A DNA stretch of 64,000 nucleotides from Candidatus Micrarchaeia archaeon (GCA_041500865.1 JBGQMY010000001.1:1-64000), one strand, 5' to 3'. Shown: positions 47,598 through 56,939, numbered from the stretch's first letter. Numbers and translations: made by a program. The notes: generated from the letters alone by a model not told the origin.

Positions 47598-48302
47598 TCA
47601 CCCCCCTATTTCCGTTGCCGGATACGTCTTGAAGATGCCCAAATTGAGTATGCCGTCTTTTGTCGTAACCGTTGAGTCGTATGACACTGCAAACTGGTTT
47701 GCTGGCGTGAATTTGACGTTTTTCACGCCATTGAGCTTGTAAAGCTCGCTTTCAATGAGCGGCGCATGGCCAGAACACGGAATGTCAACCCTTATTGTAA
47801 GCGTGCTCGGGGTTGTTTGAACGGCTGGCTGAGGCTGGGCCGTTGCCGGGATTTGGCATTCCGATGTCGCATTCAGGGGGCATAGGGACGCTGCAGCCGA
47901 TACGCTAGCTGATGGCGCCGGTATCGCATTCGCCAATATCGGGAATATCACGAAGAAGAACAGCAGGTTGACCCCAATCGTGGTTCCGTACAGTACAGAC
48001 AGGTATCCCTTGGCTCTTGCTATTCCCTGCGCTGAAAGCAGGCCCCTCTTGTTCAGGTAGATGGTTGCAGAGAGCGTTGCAAATGCAAACGACAGCAATA
48101 TCAGCCCATAAAAGAGGTTCCTGTTCATGAGCAGCGGCTGGAACAGGGCGCTCATTGCCGTTGCGCCCACTATTGCAAATAGCACGAACGCAATGCACCC
48201 TGTATGCGGAATCAATCCGTAGATTATGCCCTCAAGCAGGCCGTTTGGCTTCCTTTCTTCGCTATCCTTTCCGGTTTCGCAGCACTTGTTTTTTTGTTCC
48301 AT
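47598..48302 (-). CDS. Membrane protein with C-terminal HMA-like domain
   Basis: PHTGC in TM region; IPCSGHAPLI...L.GV..V HMA-like C-terminus. Confidence 0.7.
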   Translation of the reverse strand: MEQKNKCCETGKDSEERKPNGLLEGIIYGLIPHTGCIAFVLFAIVGATAMSALFQPLLMNRNLFYGLILLSFAFATLSATIYLNKRGLLSAQGIARAKGYLSVLYGTTIGVNLLFFFVIFPILANAIPAPSASVSAAASLCPLNATSECQIPATAQPQPAVQTTPSTLTIRVDIPCSGHAPLIESELYKLNGVKNVKFTPANQFAVSYDSTVTTKDGILNLGIFKTYPATEIGG

Positions 48303-48340
48303 GCCATTTTCCGCGATGAAACGGGCTATTAAATATTGTA

Positions 48341-48354
48341 TGAAACTGGTTTCA
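48341..48354. promoter_or_regulatory. Candidate operator upstream of the cop gene cluster
   Basis: TGAAAC-TG-GTTTCA palindrome plus extra GAAAC/GTTTC half-sites in 48317-48396. Confidence 0.5.
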
Positions 48355-48393
48355 CAGGCGAAACGGCATATAAGCGTTTGTGCCTAACCGGTT

Positions 48394-48888
48394 TCATGCC
48401 TTGTGCTGGGGCGCCTTGAGGATTACGACGTTTGTCATGCCCCTCCTCTTGCGCTCTATCAGCCTGAGCCCCTCAAGCCTGTCCAGCAGCCGCGTGACCT
48501 TGACCTTCTGCATGCCGGTCTTGTCAACCAAATCGGATTGGAACATGGCGCCTTCTGCCTCAATCAGCGTCCCGATTATGGCGTTTTCGTCTGCTGAAAG
48601 TATTTTCGTCACGCTTGCAAACTGCTCCTTTGTGGGCTTCTGCATGGGCTGGCCAGGCATGCCTTCCTTGAAGAAGAAGGCAAGATAGGCTCCGACAAGG
48701 AATATGAATGCCGTTATGCCAAGCGCCACCTTTGTCTGCGCGTCTATTGTTCCCCACATGGGGCAGGTAGACCCGTGAGAGCAAGACTCGTTGACTATGG
48801 CTGTTAGCGCGCTGTTGAATATGTACGTTATGAACCCTATCAGGACAGCAACCCCTATCATGAGATAGCCGACATGTTTTGTTTCCAT
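48394..48888 (-). CDS. Membrane-anchored winged-HTH regulator
   Basis: Two TMs around CSHGSTCPM; C-term QSDLV..TG..KVKVTRLLDRLE...LIERKRRGMTN. Confidence 0.75.
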   Translation of the reverse strand: METKHVGYLMIGVAVLIGFITYIFNSALTAIVNESCSHGSTCPMWGTIDAQTKVALGITAFIFLVGAYLAFFFKEGMPGQPMQKPTKEQFASVTKILSADENAIIGTLIEAEGAMFQSDLVDKTGMQKVKVTRLLDRLEGLRLIERKRRGMTNVVILKAPQHKA

Positions 48889-48933
48889 GCTCTTCTTTGG
48901 AATCAGGGATTTAAAAGGATGTTCTTCTGTAAA

Positions 48934-49806
48934 TCAGGGCGGCAGCCCTGCGCCTTCGCCAAAGCCATACATGATGTTCATGTTCTGCACTGCCTGGCCT
49001 GCGGCGCCTTTCATCAGGTTGTCGAGCACGGAATGGATCAGAACTTCGCTGCCCTGCTGCCACACATGGATTTCGCAATTGTTGGTGCCTATCAGCGGGT
49101 GGGTCTCGACTGTGCTTTCCATCTTTGCCAAGCGAATTACATTGATGAAACGCTCGCGCATGTAGAACATCTCCAACGCGTTTGCGGCGTCAATCTCCTG
49201 TTTCAGCTGCGCATAAATTGTTGAGATGATGCCGCGGTCTATGTTTTCTATCACTCTCGGGGCAAACAGGATGCCCGTTAACCCAAGCTCCTTTTCCATT
49301 TCCGGCACATGGTCGTGCCCCTTTCCTGTCTTGTATGCCTTGATGTTTCCTATTGGCTTGGGATACTCGCCTGCCCCGGATATGCCAGAATCTGCGACTA
49401 CAACTGCGCGTTCCACAACGCTTATTATTGGCAATAAGCCGGATATCACGCTTGTTGCATAGCAGCCTGGATTGGATACCAGCTTAGCCGTCTTGATTTT
49501 TTGCCTGTTCTTCTCAGGGAGGCCATACACGGCGTCCTTGTCAAGGCGGTATGCCCTGCTGAGGTCAATCACTCTTTTTCCTGCCTTGATTAGCTCAGGC
49601 GCCTTTTGCAAGGATATCTGTGAAGGCAGTGCAAGGAACATCAGCTCTGTTTCATATCTGCTTCCTGTGCTTTTCTTGCTGGATTCGGTGTAGGCCAATT
49701 CAACAAGCGGATGGCAGGACAGCAATTCCTCAAGCACCTGTCCGCTCCTGCCGGTGTTGCCGGTTATGCCTACTTTGGGCTTTTTCCTGACTGTGTTTTG
49801 AGCCAT
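48934..49806 (-). CDS. argC: N-acetyl-gamma-glutamyl-phosphate reductase family (ArgC/LysY), shortened
   Basis: FLALP, IDLS..YRL, YGLPE, NPGCY, SGISGAG, DNLMKGAAGQAVQNMN. Confidence 0.85.
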   Translation of the reverse strand: MAQNTVRKKPKVGITGNTGRSGQVLEELLSCHPLVELAYTESSKKSTGSRYETELMFLALPSQISLQKAPELIKAGKRVIDLSRAYRLDKDAVYGLPEKNRQKIKTAKLVSNPGCYATSVISGLLPIISVVERAVVVADSGISGAGEYPKPIGNIKAYKTGKGHDHVPEMEKELGLTGILFAPRVIENIDRGIISTIYAQLKQEIDAANALEMFYMRERFINVIRLAKMESTVETHPLIGTNNCEIHVWQQGSEVLIHSVLDNLMKGAAGQAVQNMNIMYGFGEGAGLPP

Positions 49807-49854
49807 GGGTTTTTGTTATAGTTTAAGTTTAAAAAAGTATTCTTATCTCCAGCA

Positions 49855-50649
49855 TTACCTAAGATATGACCCTATGGGAGACGAGACACAGCCCAGAAAC
49901 TCTTCAACGAACGGCCTTATTGTGTTTTTATTGAGAACATTGCGCACCTCCTTTTTTTCAAGGAATGTGTTCAGGAAGTTTATCTTGGCTGAGCTGTATT
50001 CCCATCCTTGTTTGTGCGCTCTGCGGAATGCATCAAAAATAGATGTTCCAAGGCTTTCTTGGGAGCAGTCTGCGCCGTGGGATACGAGCATCGACACCAT
50101 GGGCATCGACACATCAATTCTGCTGTTGCTTATTGCCCAAAGCAACGGACGGTCTCCAAGGTTGGGGTTTGCGCCGGCCTCAAGAAGGGCGCTGGCGTTG
50201 TCCAGGCAGCCATTTTGTACGGCTAATGCAAGGGCCGTTTTTCCGGCACCGCACATTGCGTCCTTGTTTGCGCCGCATCCGATAAGGCACTTGACCACAA
50301 GCGTGTTTACTGACATGGAAGCGCTCATCAGCGGCGTGATGCCATCTTCGATGCTCATATTTACATCCGCCCCGTGCCTAACCAGGAGCGCACATATGTC
50401 AGGAAGCGGCTTTTGAACAGCCCTTGCAAGCGGCGTTGCCCCATATTCATCCCTTGCGTTGGGGTCTGTGCCAGCCTCAAGGCACGCCCTTGCGCCTTCA
50501 TAATCGTCATTCTTTATTGTTCTGAACAGGCGGCTTGACTGTTCGGTTTTGAGGCTGTCAAGAATAAGCTCCCTTCCCCTGATTATGTCCTTCATTGGAA
50601 CCGGGAGATTGGGGGTTTGCACTATGACCCTAAACGACTTTTCTGCCAT
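49855..50649 (-). CDS. Ankyrin-repeat protein
   Basis: Start MAEKSF; GATPLARA, GITPLMSA, GKTALALA; tail FVEEFLGCVSS. Confidence 0.88.
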   Translation of the reverse strand: MAEKSFRVIVQTPNLPVPMKDIIRGRELILDSLKTEQSSRLFRTIKNDDYEGARACLEAGTDPNARDEYGATPLARAVQKPLPDICALLVRHGADVNMSIEDGITPLMSASMSVNTLVVKCLIGCGANKDAMCGAGKTALALAVQNGCLDNASALLEAGANPNLGDRPLLWAISNSRIDVSMPMVSMLVSHGADCSQESLGTSIFDAFRRAHKQGWEYSSAKINFLNTFLEKKEVRNVLNKNTIRPFVEEFLGCVSSPIGSYLR

Positions 50650-50709
50650 TTTAACCGTTTGTTTTCGTGGTTGAAAGAGTTTATAATACCTTTCATGGAA
50701 AACCAATGC

Positions 50710-51645
50710 ATGAAAGAGAGGGAAAAGCCTGCCAAAATCCAGAAAAAGGTCCGCGGACGGGTAATCCGGCCAATGTACATGCTTGAATCCAAAAGGGGGC
50801 GGGAACTGTATATCCGGCTCCATGACGCGCTTGTTGGGGTGCCGGGACATCCGGATTGGGAGAAGGCAAGGCAAGCCATCAACGCAGGGGCGGATGTTGA
50901 ATGCGTCCTGAATGAGCTGTTCAAGACTCCGCTTATATGCGCTGCCATTTACGGCAATGCGGAGACATGCGCCCTTTTACTGAACAAAGGGGCAGAGATT
51001 GATGCCGTTGACAGTGACGGAAGCACTGCATTGACATCGGCTGCCATCATGGGAGGGCTTGAGGTTTGCAGGCTTCTGATAAGGAAGGGCGCGAACGTGA
51101 ATGCAGAGAACGGACATAGCACTGCCCCGCTTGCGTATGCGGCATCAGGCGGCTGGACGGAGATTTGCAGATTGCTTGTCTCAAAGGGAGCGGATATCAA
51201 CAATGCCAATATTCTGGGATATACCGCACTCATGTCTGCGGCAAAGCAGGGCAAGGCAGAGACGTGCAGGGCTTTGCTGGACATGGGCGCCGACATGGAT
51301 ATGGCAGACAATAGTAACAATACAGCGCCTGAGCATGCCGCAAGGGAAGGAAACCCGGAAACGTGCAAGGTATTTTTGGAAAGAGGATTAGATATCAATG
51401 CAAAACGCTATGAGTCGAGCCTGCTCATGTGCGCCGCAGACAGCGGAAACATGAAAACCTGCGTGTTCCTGCTTGAGAACGGCGCAGATGTGTCCTCAAC
51501 AGATGGTCCTGGCCACACGGCGGCGTACATGGCACAGGCCAATAACCACAATGCAGTATCGGGATTCCTCAAGCTTATGGAATCGCTTGGCGATGATTCG
51601 ATAATGCCGTTCCTTTCGGAGTTCAGGGCATGCGTAAGCCAGTAA
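50710..51645 (+). CDS. Ankyrin-repeat protein (about 8 repeats)
   Basis: KTPLICAA, GSTALTSA, GYTALMSA; tail FLSEFRACVSQ; start chosen from TATA spacing. Confidence 0.9.
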   Translation: MKEREKPAKIQKKVRGRVIRPMYMLESKRGRELYIRLHDALVGVPGHPDWEKARQAINAGADVECVLNELFKTPLICAAIYGNAETCALLLNKGAEIDAVDSDGSTALTSAAIMGGLEVCRLLIRKGANVNAENGHSTAPLAYAASGGWTEICRLLVSKGADINNANILGYTALMSAAKQGKAETCRALLDMGADMDMADNSNNTAPEHAAREGNPETCKVFLERGLDINAKRYESSLLMCAADSGNMKTCVFLLENGADVSSTDGPGHTAAYMAQANNHNAVSGFLKLMESLGDDSIMPFLSEFRACVSQ

Positions 51646-51675
51646 TATTTAAACCTTTATCATCAAACCCAAACC

Positions 51676-52269
51676 ATGATTGCGGACAGGCTCAGGGACT
51701 GGCTTAATGTGAAGCTGTTTTTTCCCATAGGCAAAATGCTTTATTTCCTTGATCCTAATCTTATGACTGCGCTGGCATATCCGCTTTGCGCGATTGCCGG
51801 ATATTTCGTTTATGCAAAAGACTATCCGCTTGCGCTTGTTTTTGTCGTCCTTTCGTCCATTGTCGACAACCTTGACGGAGCGATAGCGAAGGCGAACAAC
51901 AAAAAGACGTCGTTCGGCTCTTATTTTGACGCGATGACGGACAGGATACAGGAATTCTTCATACTTCTGGGTTTTGCGCTTTCCGGCTATGCGGTTGAGG
52001 CGTTCGTTGCGATTGCGGCAAGTTTCATGGTGAGCTACGCGAAGGCCCGCGCGGAAATGATTAAGCCGCTCGGCAACATGGACTGGCCGTCAATCGGCGA
52101 AAGGGCGGAGAGGCTGATAATAGTGATGCTGGCGATGTTGGCCGCGATATTCTACCCGGTCGTTTATGGATACAATACAATAAGCGCAGGGCTGTGGATA
52201 CTGGCGATTGTCGCGTTCATAGGGACGGTGCAGAGGTTCTTCTTCGCGAAGCAACTGCTTTCAAAATGA
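51676..52269 (+). CDS. CDP-alcohol phosphatidyltransferase
   Basis: DNLDGAIAK...TSFGSYFDAMTDR, SYAKARAE, ERAERL. Confidence 0.92.
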   Translation: MIADRLRDWLNVKLFFPIGKMLYFLDPNLMTALAYPLCAIAGYFVYAKDYPLALVFVVLSSIVDNLDGAIAKANNKKTSFGSYFDAMTDRIQEFFILLGFALSGYAVEAFVAIAASFMVSYAKARAEMIKPLGNMDWPSIGERAERLIIVMLAMLAAIFYPVVYGYNTISAGLWILAIVAFIGTVQRFFFAKQLLSK

Positions 52270-52950
52270 GACGCATTCCAGGAAATTCATTCCGAACGCC
52301 TTTGCGGCGTATTCTGGGAGTATGTTGTGCAGCTTAACGAAACGTATCATATAATGTCTTGCGTCCTTTCCGATTGCCAGATCCCACGCGCTATAACTGT
52401 CAACATCCCTCTTTATGTTCGGGTCGGCGCCTGCAGCAAGCAGAACCATTGCCGCGTTAATCATAGTCATGCGATCTAAAGAACTTCCGGCAACGGCTTC
52501 GTGGAGCGGGGTGCTGCCGTATCTGTCAGTCGCATTAACATTTGCTCCTTTGGTTATCAAGATGCTGCATATATCTGCGCATCCAGACCCTGCGGCAAGG
52601 TGCAGTGCTGTACTGCCACGGCTAGTCTTTGCGGTAATGAACCGCTTTACGCCTCCATTTGATTTTGCGCATTGTTCTATAAGCAGTGCGCAGGTTTGGT
52701 AATATCTCTTATTTGCAGCAAGATGCAGGGCAGTCCAGCCTGTATCGTCCTTTGCTGTGATGTTTGCGCCTTTCCTTATGAGCTTCACTATTTCCTCGTT
52801 GTTGCCGTTCCACGCGGCGCTGCGAAGCGCTTTATTGAGCCGCCTCTGCTCTTTTGTGGATAATATGATCATTTCGCTCGGCAGTATGTCCATTGCCAGC
52901 CTTGGGCTTGAAGGCAGAATCTGTTTGATTTGGCTTTTTTCCTGCGCCAT
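52261..52950 (-). CDS. Ankyrin-repeat protein
   Basis: GWTALHLAA, GSTALHLAA, GSTPLHEA; tail FGMNFLECVSF. Confidence 0.92.
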   Translation of the reverse strand: MAQEKSQIKQILPSSPRLAMDILPSEMIILSTKEQRRLNKALRSAAWNGNNEEIVKLIRKGANITAKDDTGWTALHLAANKRYYQTCALLIEQCAKSNGGVKRFITAKTSRGSTALHLAAGSGCADICSILITKGANVNATDRYGSTPLHEAVAGSSLDRMTMINAAMVLLAAGADPNIKRDVDSYSAWDLAIGKDARHYMIRFVKLHNILPEYAAKAFGMNFLECVSF

Positions 52951-53517
52951 CTAGCCACCGCCCGATATGCATCCCTTGAATCCGGAAAGGAATTCCTTGA
53001 GGGATTTATTTCCAATCAGTTGCTGCAAAAACTCCATATTTTCAAGAAATAGGGCTGTGGCGGTGCTTTTCTGCTCTAGGGCAATCATGCGCGCAGTCCT
53101 TTTGAGATTGTCCCTTGCGCCGACATTTGCGCCTTTTTCAATCAGCAGTTTGCAGATTTTCGTATGGCCCTTGTATGCGGCAACCATGAGCGCGGTCCAG
53201 TTGTAGCTGGTCTTTGCCTCGATATCCGCGCCATTTTCAATCAGGAGGGTGCAGATATCAAACTGCTCCTGTATTGCGGCCTTCATGAGCGCAGTAATCT
53301 CCTTAAGCGCATCCCTTGCGTTCGGGTTTGCGCCTTTGCCCAACAGAATCTTGACATCTTTTATCCGACCATACCTGACTTTCTGGAAAAGATCATCATT
53401 CAGCTGCTCTTGCGTCATTTCGCCAAACATAATCCCATCTATTGCATACTTATGCTTGACAAGCCTTGGCTTCTCTTGTACGGGCATATCCTTCGGGAGA
53501 TTCTTTAGCTGCGCCAT
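52951..53517 (-). CDS. Ankyrin-repeat protein
   Basis: TALMKAA, WTALMVAA; tail FLSGFKGCISGGG. Confidence 0.92.
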   Translation of the reverse strand: MAQLKNLPKDMPVQEKPRLVKHKYAIDGIMFGEMTQEQLNDDLFQKVRYGRIKDVKILLGKGANPNARDALKEITALMKAAIQEQFDICTLLIENGADIEAKTSYNWTALMVAAYKGHTKICKLLIEKGANVGARDNLKRTARMIALEQKSTATALFLENMEFLQQLIGNKSLKEFLSGFKGCISGGG

Positions 53518-54066
53518 TCAGGCACCGCCCCATATGCAATCCAGGAAGCTCTTTCCGAACGGGATTGTGTTACTGCCAATCAGCTCTTTTGTGTCCTCAA
53601 AATGGACGAGCGCAAGCCTCATCTTTCCCCTTCCGTTGGCAAAGTCCCATGCGTTGTTCGCCTCGCGGCTGCAAGTTTCGTAGATGTCGGGGTCTGCCCC
53701 ATGGAAAACCAGCAGCAACGAGGCATCATAGTGGTTGTTGATTATGGCAGCCATAAGCGCATTGTAGCCATTGCTGTCCTGCTGGTTGGCGTTTGCCCCG
53801 TTTTTGAGAAGAATCCTGCATATGTCCGTACAGCCCTTGGAGGCGGCGATGGAAAGCATTGGCTGACGCTGAAACGGCTTGCCATTGGACTTTGTATTAG
53901 GGTTTGCGCCTTCCTTGATGCATCTGGAGACAAGGGAAACGTCCCCGGTCTTTACGGCATATTCAAGCGAATAATCCGCCAGGTCCTGCTTATCAGAATC
54001 AGTTGTTTTGAGCTTGGCAAGGTTTGGCTTCTTTTGCTGGTCTTTTTCCTGCTTTTGGAGCTGCAT
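53518..54066 (-). CDS. Ankyrin-repeat protein
   Basis: GANPN, GYNALMAA, GADPD; tail FGKSFLDCIWGGA. Confidence 0.9.
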   Translation of the reverse strand: MQLQKQEKDQQKKPNLAKLKTTDSDKQDLADYSLEYAVKTGDVSLVSRCIKEGANPNTKSNGKPFQRQPMLSIAASKGCTDICRILLKNGANANQQDSNGYNALMAAIINNHYDASLLLVFHGADPDIYETCSREANNAWDFANGRGKMRLALVHFEDTKELIGSNTIPFGKSFLDCIWGGA

Positions 54067-54726
54067 TCAGGCACCACCCACGCATTCGCGGAAGGATTTC
54101 GTGAATGAAACCATTCCCTCTTGCCCTAGGGACCTGCGCATGCGGTTAAAGAAAATCAGCAAACCTGCGACTTCGGGATGTTCGGCCCATACTGCCCTGC
54201 GCCAAGGCGCCCAGCCTTTTTTGTCCTTTGCTGTCATGTCGGCGCCGTTTTCAATCAGCAATGCGCATACGTCAATGTGCCCGGCCCAGGCTGCGCAATG
54301 GAGCGGCGTGTTGCCATCTTCGTCCTTTGCATTGACATCCGCTCCTTTGCTTATCAAAATGGCGCAGGCGCGGGCGTTTCCGCCGTTTGCGGCATGGTGC
54401 AGGGCCGCACTGCCGTGATTGTCCTTTAGCTCCATGTCAGCGCCGTTTTCAATAAGCGCTGAACAGGCTTCCGGGGTGCCGTGCTTTATCGCATAATGCA
54501 GCGGCGTCTGGCCGTCCTTGTCCGTAGCATTGACATTTGCTCCGTCATGAATGCTTTGCTGGATTCGTTCAATATCTCCATCAAGTGCGCCATTGAACAG
54601 CGCATTGGTCCTAAGAAGCTGGCCGTAGTCCTGCGGCTTTGGGCTTTTTTCCAGCAATGTTTCATCAGGCAGCCTGGGCTTCTGGGGCTGGGAACCGCTT
54701 TTTCCTGCTTTCCGGCTTTCCTGCAT
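54067..54726 (-). CDS. Ankyrin-repeat protein
   Basis: GQTPLHYA, GNTPLHCAA; tail FTKSFRECVGGA. Confidence 0.92.
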   Translation of the reverse strand: MQESRKAGKSGSQPQKPRLPDETLLEKSPKPQDYGQLLRTNALFNGALDGDIERIQQSIHDGANVNATDKDGQTPLHYAIKHGTPEACSALIENGADMELKDNHGSAALHHAANGGNARACAILISKGADVNAKDEDGNTPLHCAAWAGHIDVCALLIENGADMTAKDKKGWAPWRRAVWAEHPEVAGLLIFFNRMRRSLGQEGMVSFTKSFRECVGGA

Positions 54727-54827
54727 GCTTCCGCTTATTGCAACAGACCTGTTAAAAACCTATCCGGCACAGCCAAGTCGGCTGTGCAAAAAGCTTAAAA
54801 AACCTTACAGATATATAGTAATTTTTA

Positions 54828-55421
54828 ATGGCCAATGAAACTTTCGCAAGAGGGGCGGAAAGGCCCGGAAACAGAACGCTTTCTTATGGCAAGGAACCTC
54901 TTTTTGACAGCCAAACGAAGCGCTGGCAGGATAGCGCGCTCCTAGTAGCAGTGCGCAACAGGAGCGTGGAAAGCGCGCTAATGGCAATAGACAAAGGCGC
55001 AAGCATAGACACAAAGGACATAAGCGGCAGCACTGCGCTGATGATAGCGGCTGAAAGCGGTGATGCGGCTATGTGCAGGGCTCTTCTGTGCAAAGGGGCC
55101 GACATTGAGGCAAGGATGATAAACACCGATATCGGGCTCGGGACGTGCGAAACCGCGCTGATAACTTCGGCAAAGCACGGCAAAAAAGACGTTTGCATCC
55201 TTTTGCTGGAAAAAGGCGCAGACCCAAACGCAAAAGACAGGTACAAGACAACTGCGCTCATGTATGCTGCGCAGTTGGGGCATCCGGACGTTTGCACGGC
55301 CCTGCTGGAGCATGGGGCGGACCCGCGCCTAAAGGACGTGAACTTAATGACTGCGCTCCAGCTTTCAAGGAATGGCGCAAGCGAGGCCATACAGGAATAC
55401 CTTGCCCATTTTAAAGTGTAA
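54828..55421 (+). CDS. Ankyrin-repeat protein (lacks the Cys tail)
   Basis: GSTALMIAA, ETALITSA, TTALMYAA. Confidence 0.9.
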   Translation: MANETFARGAERPGNRTLSYGKEPLFDSQTKRWQDSALLVAVRNRSVESALMAIDKGASIDTKDISGSTALMIAAESGDAAMCRALLCKGADIEARMINTDIGLGTCETALITSAKHGKKDVCILLLEKGADPNAKDRYKTTALMYAAQLGHPDVCTALLEHGADPRLKDVNLMTALQLSRNGASEAIQEYLAHFKV

Positions 55422-55463
55422 TCTGTGTTTAAACGTGTATTTTTAAGTATTTCCTTTGATATT

Positions 55464-56891
55464 ATGGCTGTGCAAACGATAACCAAGGAAAAAAGCGTGC
55501 CCGCAAGGAGGATGGACCTTTCCAGATTCAAACCAGACACAAAAAGGATAGAAAAGGAATGGGACCACCACGGCAGCTACCAGTGGACATATTTCGTTGA
55601 GGAGCAGAAACGACTCATTAATTTTTTCCTGTCAGAAAGGGCAGGCCCAAGGAACCTGGAAATCGGCGGGGGCTGGTACCAGTCATACCCAGGCTCAACC
55701 GCCATAGACGTATCAGCAGTATGCCTGGAATACAACGAGGCGCGGAAAAAGGTGCAATATGACCTGGATTATGTAGCTGCCGGCTGCACGCTGCCGTTCA
55801 AGGACCGTTCGTTTGACTCCGCAACCATGATAAGCGTCTGGCAATACCTCCAAGACCCTGTTGCATTGCTGAAGGAGCTGGAAAGGGTGCTTGCGCCGGG
55901 CGGCGAGGTCTATGTCATCAACGGCCAGGGGGGAGGCGTGGAAGGGCTTGTGAAAAGCGCGTCAAGGTCTGAATCGATATTGGAAACGGCAATGCGATGC
56001 GGGTACGACGCAATGCTGCAAACCATCCCGACAATGGATGGCGAGAGGGACACGTTCAAGTCTGTGTGCATCGCAATGCCGGACAGCACGCTGTTCGGCA
56101 AAAAATCGCAGATAATTGACAAAAGCAAAAGGGCAAGGAGATTGGGCAGCCCAGGGGAATTCCTTGAAAGATACGCGGAATGGGAACTTGAAAAAATCAT
56201 GGGAAAGCTTTGGCAGCTTAGGACGTACCCGGTAACTGAATATTCTCGGCATTACCTTGAAGCGTGCGAGAATGCAAGCCAAGCGTTCAGCAAGAAAGCA
56301 GGAAGGTTCCCTGTCCTTTATTCGGAATCGCACCAGGTCGAGATTGACATGTACGTCAAAGGCGGGTTCATAATGAGCCACGAGCTGATGATGGATGGTG
56401 TTTCCAACAAGGAGCCATTCAATGATTTTGCAAAACCGTTTGGGATTGGGTTCAGCGGATACTACGGCAGTTCTGTCAGCGATTACATCAAAAGGCACTT
56501 GGAAGGGAAGAACATCCTCCCGGAGATTCGCTCTGATTGGGGAAGGACGCGGGAAAGGGACGGCGCAATCTATAGCCTTGCAAGCTTCATCGTGTCAATA
56601 CCGTTGAACAGCCATACGAAAAGCCTGCAGCAGTCCTTGCTTGAAAAGCTGGAGAAGGAGGCACCTAATGCAAAGGATGTGGTTGCTAGGGCAACGGCCA
56701 GGCGCCTGTATTCGTTATGCTACGAATACAAGCAAAGGAGGGGCATTGACAAGCTCATAAAAAGGAAAAGCGAACTAGGGGGAATGGAAGTAATCAAAGA
56801 GGCGGCCCTTGACATTGAAAAGGAGTTTCCCTACTTCAGGAACTTCATTTTGGAGATTCCCATGGCTTGCGACGATTCCGGCATGGATTGA
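55464..56891 (+). CDS. Class I SAM-dependent methyltransferase with uncharacterised C-terminal extension
   Basis: LEIGGG, LPFKDRSFD, ELERVLAPGG. Confidence 0.75.
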   Translation: MAVQTITKEKSVPARRMDLSRFKPDTKRIEKEWDHHGSYQWTYFVEEQKRLINFFLSERAGPRNLEIGGGWYQSYPGSTAIDVSAVCLEYNEARKKVQYDLDYVAAGCTLPFKDRSFDSATMISVWQYLQDPVALLKELERVLAPGGEVYVINGQGGGVEGLVKSASRSESILETAMRCGYDAMLQTIPTMDGERDTFKSVCIAMPDSTLFGKKSQIIDKSKRARRLGSPGEFLERYAEWELEKIMGKLWQLRTYPVTEYSRHYLEACENASQAFSKKAGRFPVLYSESHQVEIDMYVKGGFIMSHELMMDGVSNKEPFNDFAKPFGIGFSGYYGSSVSDYIKRHLEGKNILPEIRSDWGRTRERDGAIYSLASFIVSIPLNSHTKSLQQSLLEKLEKEAPNAKDVVARATARRLYSLCYEYKQRRGIDKLIKRKSELGGMEVIKEAALDIEKEFPYFRNFILEIPMACDDSGMD

Positions 56892-56939
56892 AAAAAGGCG
56901 ATTGGCTTGCTTTTAAAAGCCAATGACTAAAATGATTTC

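Noticed and set aside
50617..50874. Apparent head-to-head overlap of two ankyrin ORFs
   Set aside because: Artefact of longest-ORF starts; likely starts at 50649 (-) and 50710 (+) flank a shared TTTATAATA box
49855..55421. Diversity-generating retroelement or CRISPR array explaining the repeats
   Set aside because: No reverse transcriptase, no TR/VR pair with adenine-specific differences and no regularly spaced DNA repeats; the similarity is at protein level
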